This document shows positions 29,334 to 38,412 of a DNA stretch of 64,000 nt, one piece after another. The notes under the pieces were generated by a model. It searched no databases and was not told the origin of the DNA. It worked only from the letters and a program-made list of their open reading frames with translations. How positions within the stretch are numbered: the first letter of the stretch is position 1; each line of letters begins with the position of its first letter. The stretch comes from Candidatus Uhrbacteria bacterium (GTDB lineage: Bacteria; Patescibacteriota; Patescibacteriia; JACQRZ01), in the NCBI GenBank assembly GCA_016186045.1, contig JACPMJ010000020.1, positions 5,435 through 69,434 of the forward strand, in the 5' to 3' direction. The position numbers were made by a program, and so were the translations under genes.

Positions 29334-30848
29334 ATGTCGCCAAGCATCATATTTCGCTTGTCGTGCTTTGCATTCGTATGCGGTGTGATCGCATACGCGT
29401 TTGTCTATGGCGGCATTCCGCTATTTTTTTTGTTACTCGCATTGCTTGTGGCAAGCGCGTGCGCAGTAGTGGCGCGAAAGAAGCGCGCGATTTTTTTTCC
29501 AGCGCTTTTGTGCGGGATATTTTTTTTTGGCATGATGCGTGCGGCAATGAGCGGAACAGTGCTTGAGAGCGGCGACTATGCTGATGCGAAAAAATTTTTG
29601 CCGGTGAGCATACAGGGGATTGTGCATGCAGAGCCCCTGCTGACGCAATCGCGGCAAGTGCTTCCACTACGTGTCCAGAACATGGATGAAATAGAGGGTG
29701 GGCGTATTTTGCGCGATGTGCGCGTATTTTCCACACTGATGCCGGCATATCACTATGGTGATGAGCTGTATGTCCGATGCATGCTTATCCCGGTACAAAA
29801 TGGTCCGTGCGTGCAGGCAGATATCCGGCGTATATCCCGCGGGAAAGGAAATGTGGGGTTTGCATTTTTATTGCGCGGGAAAGAATTGTTTTTGAATGCT
29901 GTTCGCACGCATCTTTCCGAACCGCACGCAAGTCTTCTTGGTGCATTGCTCGTGGGGGAACGAAGCGGATTTCCCGCTTGGCTCACTGACGCGTTTATCC
30001 GGAGCGGCATTCTGCATATTGTTGCCATTTCCGGATATAACATCAGTATTGTGATGGCGGGTATGTATGCGGCGCTTCGCGCATTTTCCGTCTCGCGGAA
30101 GCGGAGTTTTTGGTGTATCATAATCGGAATTTTTTTCTTTGTTCTTATGACTGGTTCGTCCGCATCTGTGGTTCGCGCCGCAATTATGGGAGGCGTTGCG
30201 CTCGTTGCCCAATATATTGGGCGGAAACAGTATGCAGGCAATGCGATTCTCTGCGCGGCCGGTGTCATGATATTTTGGGACCCCTCGATCATATTTGACA
30301 TTGGGTTTCAACTTTCGTTTGCGGCCACCTGCGGCTTGATATATATCTCGCCGATTCTTGAACGCGCGTGTGAAAACATATCTTCGGCATATGGAACAAA
30401 AACAATCGCATTGCAGACGATATCTGCCACGCTCGCCACTGCGCCGCTACTGATTTTTTCATTCCAGAGATTTTCTGTGGTTGCCCTTGCGGTGAACATG
30501 CTTGTGTTACCCGTGATTCCCTTGGTCATGGCGCTGGGTTTTTTTTGGGCGGTTTTTGCGTTTGCGGGCGGAATGCTTACCGCACTGATCCCCATACCCA
30601 TTGATACGTTTATCCACATAGCAGGCTGGCCCATCTGGTTTTTACTTTCGTATATTATGATAAGCGCGCAATGGTTTTCCCAAATTTCGTGGGCATCAGT
30701 GGATGTGCGATTGGGATCATGGAATTGGGTGTTCATGTATGCGGCATACGTGAGCATAGTATGGTTTGTATGGGCGCAGGGATACATCTTGAAAAAGAAG
30801 CGCACTGTGATACAATGCGAACAGAGTATAATACGAAGATTACCATGA
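29334..30848 (+). CDS. comEC: ComEC/Rec2 competence protein, membrane domain
   Basis: GILHIVAISGYNI, SVVRAAIM, DIGFQLSFAAT. Confidence 0.92.
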   Translation: MSPSIIFRLSCFAFVCGVIAYAFVYGGIPLFFLLLALLVASACAVVARKKRAIFFPALLCGIFFFGMMRAAMSGTVLESGDYADAKKFLPVSIQGIVHAEPLLTQSRQVLPLRVQNMDEIEGGRILRDVRVFSTLMPAYHYGDELYVRCMLIPVQNGPCVQADIRRISRGKGNVGFAFLLRGKELFLNAVRTHLSEPHASLLGALLVGERSGFPAWLTDAFIRSGILHIVAISGYNISIVMAGMYAALRAFSVSRKRSFWCIIIGIFFFVLMTGSSASVVRAAIMGGVALVAQYIGRKQYAGNAILCAAGVMIFWDPSIIFDIGFQLSFAATCGLIYISPILERACENISSAYGTKTIALQTISATLATAPLLIFSFQRFSVVALAVNMLVLPVIPLVMALGFFWAVFAFAGGMLTALIPIPIDTFIHIAGWPIWFLLSYIMISAQWFSQISWASVDVRLGSWNWVFMYAAYVSIVWFVWAQGYILKKKRTVIQCEQSIIRRLP

Positions 30849-30855
30849 GAAATAT

Positions 30856-32160
30856 ATGAAGAGCGTGATGTATATGCGGAACATACATATTATCGGAGTA
30901 TGCATTGTTTTTTTATTTTTTGGAATGCCTCTGTATGCGCATGCGCAAGATACTTTTTTGAACATTTCCTGTCATGATGTCGTACGGCAAAAAGGATATC
31001 ACGCGACATTTTATGATACGCATTTTTTTGCGGATATTGTACCGGAGGTATGTACAGGCGCATCAGACATAACCTTATCGCTCGTCGCATGGCAAACAGC
31101 AGTGCCAAAAGAATTAGCCGCTGATCCTTTTTTTGAATTTGTCAGCAATATTTATGCATATGACGCGATTGGCGCGCGCAGTGAACATATGGGAACAGGC
31201 ATCAGTGTTCGGATACAGCCAAAACATGTACGGGGAAACGCGGCAATTTATTTTTTTGATAAAGAAAAAAAACAATGGCAGCGTACGAAGTCATATAGGA
31301 AAAAAGACGGGTCGTATGCTGTCCAACTGAAGTTTCCATTTGCGCAGGTTGCGGTATTGCAGGAGAAGAAATGGATTGAAAAAGGAGTGATCAACGCGAC
31401 CGCACTGCCGGCACGCGCCGTGGGCGTTGCTGACGCGAAGGGATCTTTTTTGTTCACAAAAAACGCATACGAACGGCTTCCGCTCGCAAGTCTTACCAAA
31501 CTTATGACCGTGCTTGTTTTTTTGGATAAAAATCCCGGTTGGCAAAAGGCCGTGCAGATCATCGCGGAAGATGACGCAGAGCCGGCAAAAGTCGCATTTC
31601 AGATCGGAGACAGGGTCTATGTGAAAGATCTTTTTTACGCGACACTTATCGGATCAAAAAATAATGCGGCAAAAGCGCTTGCGCGCTCAACGGGACTTTC
31701 GCATGAGGAGTTCATAAAAAAGATGAATGAAAAGGCGAAAGCGCTCGGCATGAAACAGACGGCGTTTGTGGATGCTACCGGATTGAGCGCAGATAATACA
31801 TCGACCATTGAAGATTTTTTAAAATTAGGCCGTGTGGCATTTGGAAATTTGAATATCGCAAAAGCGGCATCCATGAAAACATATACGTTTCAAATCATCG
31901 GTACGAAACGGCGTATGACGGTGCGGAGTACGAATTTTCTTTTGGCGAATGCGAATTTTTTCGCCATGGGAAAAACTGGTCATATTGATGAGGCGGGATA
32001 TAATTTTGCAACACGCGTGAAAAATAAAAATCAAGAGATACTTGTGGTGGTCTTTGGCGCGACAAGCGGAGGAAAACGTGAAGAGATAACCGATATACTT
32101 ATTGATTTTGGCTTTCGCCAGCTTGCGGCGGCGCAGAGTAAGAAGGCGAAAAAGACATAG
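30856..32160 (+). CDS. D-alanyl-D-alanine carboxypeptidase (S11) with extra N-terminal domain
   Basis: SLTK (SxxK), SKN (SxN) and KTG motifs; signal peptide. Confidence 0.9.
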   Translation: MKSVMYMRNIHIIGVCIVFLFFGMPLYAHAQDTFLNISCHDVVRQKGYHATFYDTHFFADIVPEVCTGASDITLSLVAWQTAVPKELAADPFFEFVSNIYAYDAIGARSEHMGTGISVRIQPKHVRGNAAIYFFDKEKKQWQRTKSYRKKDGSYAVQLKFPFAQVAVLQEKKWIEKGVINATALPARAVGVADAKGSFLFTKNAYERLPLASLTKLMTVLVFLDKNPGWQKAVQIIAEDDAEPAKVAFQIGDRVYVKDLFYATLIGSKNNAAKALARSTGLSHEEFIKKMNEKAKALGMKQTAFVDATGLSADNTSTIEDFLKLGRVAFGNLNIAKAASMKTYTFQIIGTKRRMTVRSTNFLLANANFFAMGKTGHIDEAGYNFATRVKNKNQEILVVVFGATSGGKREEITDILIDFGFRQLAAAQSKKAKKT

Positions 32161-32162
32161 GC

Positions 32163-33053
32163 ATGAAAAAAATAAAGAAATCCTTCCATAAAACCGCCAT
32201 AAAAATATCCGCGAGTATCGCGGTTGCCGCGTTTACGCTTGTTGGCGCATACGCGGGAATTTCCGCGCAAAATGCGCGCCAGCTGACAGTCTCGTATTTT
32301 GACGTGGGACAGGGAGACGCGGAGCTTATCCGCACGCCATCTTCACAGAATATTCTTATAGACGGCGGGCCGGACAGGAGCGTGGAGCAAAAATTGGGAA
32401 GTACATTGCCGTTTTATGATAGGACCATTGACCTCATGATTCTTACACATCCGCATGCGGATCATCTGAATGGACTCATTGGCGTACTCCAGACATATCC
32501 GGTAAAAAAGATATTTCTCTCCGAGATGAAAAATACAACCGTAGGCTTTCGGGAATTTTTACGCATTGCAAAAGAAAAAAATATTCCCATTGAATATGTA
32601 ACAGAAGGGAAACGTGTGACATTTGGCGCTTCTACAGCATTGGATGTTCTTGCGCCATATGATGATGAGCAGAGCAAGACGGACATCAATAATGCGTCTG
32701 TAGTGGTAAAGGTTACCTATCACAAGACGGCGTTTATGTTTACCGGTGATGCGGAAACTACGGAAGAAGAACACATCGCGCGAAATAGGGATGATCTTGC
32801 AAGTGATGTGCTGAAGACGGGGCATCATGGAAGCAAGACATCCACAAGTGAGGAGTTTCTTGCGGAAGTGCATCCCGACATTGCGATCATTTCTGTTGGG
32901 AAAGGCAATATGTACGGCCATCCGGATAAAGAAATTATTCACAGACTTGAACAAAATAGAATAACAGTGTATCGTACTGATGAAGCTGGGGATATCACAG
33001 TGAAGAGCGACGGCGCACATGTGAGTGTCATATCGCAAAAAAATAAAAAATAA
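32163..33053 (+). CDS. ComEC-type metallo-beta-lactamase-fold domain (stand-alone)
   Basis: FDVGQGDA, THPHADH, FTGDAE, GHHGSKTS, YGHP, YRTD. Confidence 0.92.
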   Translation: MKKIKKSFHKTAIKISASIAVAAFTLVGAYAGISAQNARQLTVSYFDVGQGDAELIRTPSSQNILIDGGPDRSVEQKLGSTLPFYDRTIDLMILTHPHADHLNGLIGVLQTYPVKKIFLSEMKNTTVGFREFLRIAKEKNIPIEYVTEGKRVTFGASTALDVLAPYDDEQSKTDINNASVVVKVTYHKTAFMFTGDAETTEEEHIARNRDDLASDVLKTGHHGSKTSTSEEFLAEVHPDIAIISVGKGNMYGHPDKEIIHRLEQNRITVYRTDEAGDITVKSDGAHVSVISQKNKK

Positions 33054-33073
33054 TACGCAAAAGAAAAGACCGT

Positions 33074-33589
33074 ATGATGGAACAGACATTGGTAGTGGTA
33101 AAACCAGATGGTGTTAAAAGAAATCTTATAGGAAAAATTATCTCATACTATGAGGCGGGTGGTTTGAAGGTAAAGACATTGAAGATGCTTACCGTATCTG
33201 AAGCGCTCATAGATAAACATTATCCCGAGATGGATGATTATTTAGTAAGTCTGGGGAAAAAAAGCGAGAAGGCCGGAGATAAAATAGACGATTATCGAGC
33301 GCAAGGATTGAAAATCGTTCAAGGATTGAAAAAGTATATCACGTCAGGACCGGTAGTAAAGATGATTCTTGAGGGAGAGGACGCGATCAAACAGGTGAGA
33401 GCGATCACTGGATATACGGATCCGAAAAGCGCAGAGAAAGGCACTATTCGAGGCGACATGGGCGAGGATAGTATTTTGGAAGCAAATAGAGAAAATCGTC
33501 CGGTAAAAAACCTTATTCACGCGTCAGGAAATAGTGAAGAGGCGGCTACAGAAATCACATTATGGTTTTCTCCCGAAGAGCTGGTATAG
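33074..33589 (+). CDS. ndk: Nucleoside diphosphate kinase
   Basis: KPDGVKR, GTIRGD, NLIHAS. Confidence 0.95.
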   Translation: MMEQTLVVVKPDGVKRNLIGKIISYYEAGGLKVKTLKMLTVSEALIDKHYPEMDDYLVSLGKKSEKAGDKIDDYRAQGLKIVQGLKKYITSGPVVKMILEGEDAIKQVRAITGYTDPKSAEKGTIRGDMGEDSILEANRENRPVKNLIHASGNSEEAATEITLWFSPEELV

Positions 33590-33595
33590 GACGCA

Positions 33596-33702
33596 TGTCA
33601 TTCCCATGAAAATGGGAATCCAGTTTATAGTACGCTTTCATTATTTTAACTGGATCCCGGATCGGGCCTGTCCCCGACTACGATCGGGGATCCGGGATGA
33701 CA
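33596..33702. repeat. Palindromic REP/MITE-like element
   Basis: tgtcattccc-N8-gggaatccag...ctggatccc...gggatgaca; same family as 34931-35062. Confidence 0.8.
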
Positions 33703-33782
33703 CTGAAAGAATGACCCGCCATGCTTGGGTCATTCTTTCATACAAGAGAGTGGAACGAGGGAGTCTTTTAAGTTTACGTTGT

Positions 33783-34928
33783 ATGATCCGCGCACTGTTT
33801 CGATTTTTGAGAAAAATAAAATTTCAGTATACGGCTCTTGTCGAGGTGCGTATTTTTCGCGATCGGATTCTTCATAATCTCGGCGTGTTTCAGTACATGC
33901 TTCCTTCCGGTGTCCGTATCGCACCAGTACTAAAAAGCAATGCTTACGGACACGGACTTGTGCAGGTAGCAGAGTGTCTCCGTGATGTTGATATTCCATT
34001 TCTCGCGGTCGACTCGTATTATGAGGCGCTTGTATTGCGAAATGAGGGAATCAAAACGCCACTCGTAGTGATTGGGTATACGGTAAAAGAAAATATTTTT
34101 CAAAATAAATTAAAAGATATTTCTTTTACCGTCATAAGTAAGGAAGAGCTTTCGGATATTGCGCACGGTATCTCTTCGCCATGCCGCATACATCTCAAAA
34201 TTGATACCGGTATGCATCGGCAGGGGATATGCTTGGAAGACTGCGGCGAAGTCATCTCACTGATTCAGAAAAATCGTAATATTATCTTGGAAGGCATCTG
34301 TACGCATTTTGCGGATGCAGATAATGAGGATACGGAATATACCCAGATCCAAATTCATGTATGGAACATTATGGCGAAAACATTCAGGCACGCATTTCCC
34401 TTCATACAGTTTTTACATGTCGCCGCAACATGTGGAAGCTCTTTTTCAAAGTCAATCGATGCAAACGTCATGCGACTTGGTATCGGGCTCTATGGTATCG
34501 CACCGTGTGCCGCATTGAAAAGTCTTTCGCTTCAGTCCGCGCTTGAGATGCGCTCACTGATAAGCTCCATAAAAAAAATAGAGAGGGGAGATATGGTAGG
34601 ATATAACGGAACCTATACGGCGGATACGGCACTGTACATCGCCACAGTGCCGGTGGGATATTTTGAGGGAGTAGACAGACGGCTTTCAAATAAGGGGTAT
34701 GTCATCGTACGGGGGATAGCATGTCCCATGATTGGTCGTGTGAGCATGAATATTATTACGGTTGATGTGTCTGTGATTGCTGATATAAAAATAGGGGAAC
34801 GGGTGGTTGTTATCAGCTCTGATACTGAAGAAAAAAACTCCGTAGAAAATATCGCCGATTTGTGCGAAACGATACCGTACGAAATACTTGTACATATTCC
34901 CGCGTCACTTCGGAGGGTTGTCATGTAA
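33783..34928 (+). CDS. alr: Alanine racemase
   Basis: VLKSNAYGHG, HLKIDTGMHRQG, GRVSMN, ETIPYEI. Start set at ATG 33783, downstream of the repeat. Confidence 0.95.
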   Translation: MIRALFRFLRKIKFQYTALVEVRIFRDRILHNLGVFQYMLPSGVRIAPVLKSNAYGHGLVQVAECLRDVDIPFLAVDSYYEALVLRNEGIKTPLVVIGYTVKENIFQNKLKDISFTVISKEELSDIAHGISSPCRIHLKIDTGMHRQGICLEDCGEVISLIQKNRNIILEGICTHFADADNEDTEYTQIQIHVWNIMAKTFRHAFPFIQFLHVAATCGSSFSKSIDANVMRLGIGLYGIAPCAALKSLSLQSALEMRSLISSIKKIERGDMVGYNGTYTADTALYIATVPVGYFEGVDRRLSNKGYVIVRGIACPMIGRVSMNIITVDVSVIADIKIGERVVVISSDTEEKNSVENIADLCETIPYEILVHIPASLRRVVM

Positions 34929-34930
34929 TC

Positions 34931-35062
34931 TGAGACTGGTGAAAAATGTCATTCCCGTGAAAACGGGAATCCAGCCTACTCGAAATGATCTGCCTTTTAC
35001 TGGATCCCCGCCTTCGCGGGGATGACAAAGAGTCACACCAAGGGCATTTTTCATCAGTCTCA
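34931..35062. mobile_element. MITE-like element with 18-bp terminal inverted repeats
   Basis: tgagactggtgaaaaatg / catttttcatcagtctca (17/18) enclose a gtcattccc...gggatgac palindrome; flanked by ATC on both sides. Confidence 0.7.
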
Positions 35063-35075
35063 ATCTGTATTGCTG

Positions 35076-35113
35076 AAATAAAAAAGCCCTGCGGTATGCA
35101 AAGCTTTTTTATT
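35076..35113. terminator. Bidirectional terminator between alr and the pilin gene
   Basis: aaataaaaaagc...gcttttttattt inverted repeat. Confidence 0.6.
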
Positions 35114-35116
35114 TTT

Positions 35117-35560
35117 TTATCGTGTGACGGTAATTGTCACGCTTTGTTCCGCACCCGGGGCCGCTACCGTAATTCTGCCATTGGCGGATTTGTTTATATT
35201 ATAGTTCGTGCTGTTTGCCGTCGCCGAGCTTGGGTCGAAGGGGAGCGAGGTAAGATATTTTTCATTTGTCGTCAGTACGCTCAAATCGATTAAACCGGTG
35301 CAGGTACCGCCTGTTTTGCATACCCCCGTGGCGGTAGTGGTGATGGAGGCGGGCAGTGTGCCACTATTATCAAGCGTATATTGATACACCGCGTTGAGAA
35401 TACTATTGACATCCGCGCGGCGTTGGGCATTCCGTGTATCACCAAGTTGTTTGTTTGGGTTGATGGCGATAATCACGATGCTTGCCAAAATGGCGATTGC
35501 GGCGACAACAAGGAGAATTTCTATAAGGGTAAATCCTTTATTTTTACACGTGCTTCTCAT
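35117..35560 (-). CDS. Type IV pilin (probable major pilin)
   Basis: KGFTLIEILLVVAAIAILA prepilin motif; RNAQRRADV. Confidence 0.92.
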   Translation of the reverse strand: MRSTCKNKGFTLIEILLVVAAIAILASIVIIAINPNKQLGDTRNAQRRADVNSILNAVYQYTLDNSGTLPASITTTATGVCKTGGTCTGLIDLSVLTTNEKYLTSLPFDPSSATANSTNYNINKSANGRITVAAPGAEQSVTITVTR

Positions 35561-35622
35561 AGAGCTTTTTTATTAGTTACTTATTTTGAAACTTCTTTCA
35601 CGGCTTGAATATAGCATATTTT

Positions 35623-36024
35623 TTAAAAATCAGCCACTTCTTGCCATGACGATATCTGAATCGCGGGATTGACTCCGGTAATAATGATCTTTTCTTTTCG
35701 TATAATGGTCCCGACCGTACCAGATGAGGTGATAGTTCTATTTTGTCCACCCTGGCTCGTAACGGTATATGCACAGGTTCCCTGTCCAAGCGTGAGAGTG
35801 TCGCTTCCGGTATATGAGGTTGAGTCATGAATATGTTGGAGCGCCTCTTCCGCGCACGCGTTGGCGAGCGCTTTTGCTTGAGCCGACTGTTCCGATGCAA
35901 GACTTGTTTTTGATGATCCAACGCCGAGTAACAGAAGAGATGTGACAATAGAGATGCCGAGTACTCCGATAATGAGTACACTGATGAGCGCGATAAATCC
36001 ATGATGATGCGTGGTATGATGCAT
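35623..36024 (-). CDS. PilX-like minor pilin
   Basis: GFIALISVLII (no Glu5), ANACAEEAL, C-terminal SWQE. Start set at ATG 36024. Confidence 0.8.
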   Translation of the reverse strand: MHHTTHHHGFIALISVLIIGVLGISIVTSLLLLGVGSSKTSLASEQSAQAKALANACAEEALQHIHDSTSYTGSDTLTLGQGTCAYTVTSQGGQNRTITSSGTVGTIIRKEKIIITGVNPAIQISSWQEVADF

Positions 36025-36031
36025 AGTGTTA

Positions 36032-36535
36032 TTATTGTTGCTGGCGCAGAGTAGCGGAGCTGACAAATGTTTTTGTAAAATCATATTCATTTCTTCCGCT
36101 TGGGTTGAGATGTGTGAGAGTATAGTGGATACGAACCGTCCCCGGAGTAGCTGAACGGGAAAGATTTTGAAATGTGAGTGCGGAAGCGGTAATGCGAGAG
36201 TTTGTGAGCGAAATTGCATTTGCCGCTCCTTCTTTGATACGAATTGCGCCGTTTGAAAGATCAAAAATAGTTGGATCACTCGTAGTTGCGGTAACATTGA
36301 GTGTCAAAGATGAGACACTCATGCCTTGTGTCGGCGAGGTGATACTCTGCGCGTTGAGCGCAGTTTGTGTGATAATATGCATCACCTGCACACCCTGTTG
36401 TTCCACCTCTGCGATAGTCTGATTTTTAACGCGTGACTGGAGGAGAGAGGAGAGAAATGCCGAGATAACAAGCAATAGTACCGACGAGATAGTTACGTAG
36501 AGGAGGAGCTCTATAAGAGTGAATCCTTTTTTCAT
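36032..36535 (-). CDS. PilW/GspJ-like minor pilin
   Basis: MKKGFTLIELLLY prepilin motif. Confidence 0.88.
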   Translation of the reverse strand: MKKGFTLIELLLYVTISSVLLLVISAFLSSLLQSRVKNQTIAEVEQQGVQVMHIITQTALNAQSITSPTQGMSVSSLTLNVTATTSDPTIFDLSNGAIRIKEGAANAISLTNSRITASALTFQNLSRSATPGTVRIHYTLTHLNPSGRNEYDFTKTFVSSATLRQQQ

Positions 36536-36541
36536 AGGATG

Positions 36542-38020
36542 TTATGGTGAGATTATTTGCAATTCGCATGAGTCATATCCGGAAGCGATCATAACAACAT
36601 CTTTAGTAAGAGAATAGGTGAGTTTATATGGCGTACCTTGTAAGTTCAGATTGGTAAGAAGCGTAGGAGTTGAGGGGGTGCTGACATCAATGACTTGATA
36701 ATCTTCAACGCCAACGGCGGTATTTGCAAAAAAGACAAACATTAGATTGCTATCATAATCTATTGATTGCAAAACGTGCGTACCAATATCGAGCGTGCTT
36801 GTTATAGAGGGAGCCAAGGGGTCAGTAACGTTTATAATATAAAATTCAGGAGCCGCCGAACCATCTCGGCCAAGATATACGGTATTTGTACTGGCACTTA
36901 CGGCAATGGAAAGAGCATCGGGTTGTGTCGCTCCCTCATTAAGATTGAGAGAGGCGACCAAAGAAGGAGCCGTGGATGTTGTTGCATTAATGATTTGAAA
37001 TTCTTGTGAGTTATCGCTTGAAGCGCCATAGACATAATTACCTATCACTCCTGTTTCTTTTACATCGCCGGCTAAATCGATAGAACTGATGAGTGTCGGT
37101 GTGCTTGGAACGGAAATATTAAAAACATAGAATTCTTTGCCGGCACTGTTTTTTCTTGTCAGGTATAAGGTATTGTTCGCACCTAGAGAAACTGCGAGCG
37201 CGTCAGCATTGGCATTTCCGCTATTTGCCGTGGTGAGATCAAATTTGAGAGCAACCATTGGTGTTGTCGGATCAGAGATATCAACGACGGTAAGTTCTCC
37301 GCTATTATCGCTGGAGGCGATATAGGCATAGGTACTTGTAACAACAATGTCATTGGCGGTATCACCCGTTGTTAATGTACCTAAGAGTGTTGGGTCAGAA
37401 GAGGTCGTCGCATCAAATACAAAAAATTCATATCCGTTGTTGTTTTGCCTGCCGAGATACAGATAATTTCCTTGTGTCGCTATGGAGATTCCATCAGCGG
37501 CTTCATTACTACTATTTTGCACATCAAGATTAAAACAGGCGATCAGTGATGGCGCCGATCCCTTTTTTGTCCCAAACCAATTTGTCAGACGTGTTACGAG
37601 CGAGATGGTACCCGTTCTGGATGGATTTTGTTGCCACGTAATAGTGCTCGTCACCGTTTTTCTGTCCGCATCAATACTCGAAACGGCAATCTGTCGAGTG
37701 AAAAAAGAATCAGTCGCATCAGAGGTGTCGGAAAATCCCCATTGATTTGATGAAATCGAGAGACCATGCAATCCGTTGCCTATATTAGTAAAACTGGCAT
37801 CACGAATATTTCGTGTCGCCTCTAACCCCTCTTGGGCGAGCATCGTCGCGCGCGCACGATTTCCGGCAAGAACCGATGACTCTTGTCCTGTAAGATACGC
37901 CCCAGTGAGGGTGGATATAAGCAATAAAAAAATTGCGATGGCAAGCATCACCTCAATAAGTAAAAAACCCTTAGTAGGCGACCATGCCTTTCGCGTTGAT
38001 TGTGAGTGTTCTCGTCTCAT
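36542..38020 (-). CDS. PilV-like minor pilin fused to LVIVD-repeat beta-propeller
   Basis: KGFLLIEVMLA...LAQEGLEATRNIRD, then repeated V.DIS.PT.P motifs. Start set at ATG 38020. Confidence 0.82.
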   Translation of the reverse strand: MRREHSQSTRKAWSPTKGFLLIEVMLAIAIFLLLISTLTGAYLTGQESSVLAGNRARATMLAQEGLEATRNIRDASFTNIGNGLHGLSISSNQWGFSDTSDATDSFFTRQIAVSSIDADRKTVTSTITWQQNPSRTGTISLVTRLTNWFGTKKGSAPSLIACFNLDVQNSSNEAADGISIATQGNYLYLGRQNNNGYEFFVFDATTSSDPTLLGTLTTGDTANDIVVTSTYAYIASSDNSGELTVVDISDPTTPMVALKFDLTTANSGNANADALAVSLGANNTLYLTRKNSAGKEFYVFNISVPSTPTLISSIDLAGDVKETGVIGNYVYGASSDNSQEFQIINATTSTAPSLVASLNLNEGATQPDALSIAVSASTNTVYLGRDGSAAPEFYIINVTDPLAPSITSTLDIGTHVLQSIDYDSNLMFVFFANTAVGVEDYQVIDVSTPSTPTLLTNLNLQGTPYKLTYSLTKDVVMIASGYDSCELQIISP

Positions 38021-38411
38021 TGGTGTTTGAGATAAGTGTGAGCGTACCAGTGGTTTGCGGGTGACCGCTGAATTTTGTAAAGATGATTTCTGTTGTGCCG
38101 TCTGCCGTGATACTATTTTGCAGATCAAAGAGTTCATCAAAAGAAACATCGCGAGCGGCGTAGCTGGCGCCCTTGAAGAGTGTGATACTTCCACTTTGAG
38201 CGCGAACTCCCCAGCTCGTATCGCCATCGGACGCCTGCGCGAGCGCTTGCGCTCGGCGAATGCCTTGAGCGATAGTCACCGCCGCGATATCAAGGTCGTT
38301 TCTCACGTGGAATGATTGGTAGATGGGAAGCGCGATACCCGCAAGCGCCGTTATCGTCGCGATAACGAGTAAAGATTCCAACAGAGTAAATCCGTTTTTA
38401 GTTTGCGACAT
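37971..38411 (-). CDS. FimT/GspH-like minor pilin
   Basis: NGFTLLESLLVIA...RRAQALA. Start set at ATG 38411. Confidence 0.85.
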   Translation of the reverse strand: MSQTKNGFTLLESLLVIATITALAGIALPIYQSFHVRNDLDIAAVTIAQGIRRAQALAQASDGDTSWGVRAQSGSITLFKGASYAARDVSFDELFDLQNSITADGTTEIIFTKFSGHPQTTGTLTLISNTNETRTLTINAKGMVAY

Positions 38412-38412
38412 A

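Noticed and set aside
33534-33782. N-terminal extension of alanine racemase
   Set aside because: It overlaps ndk and reads through the palindromic repeat; no Alr similarity.
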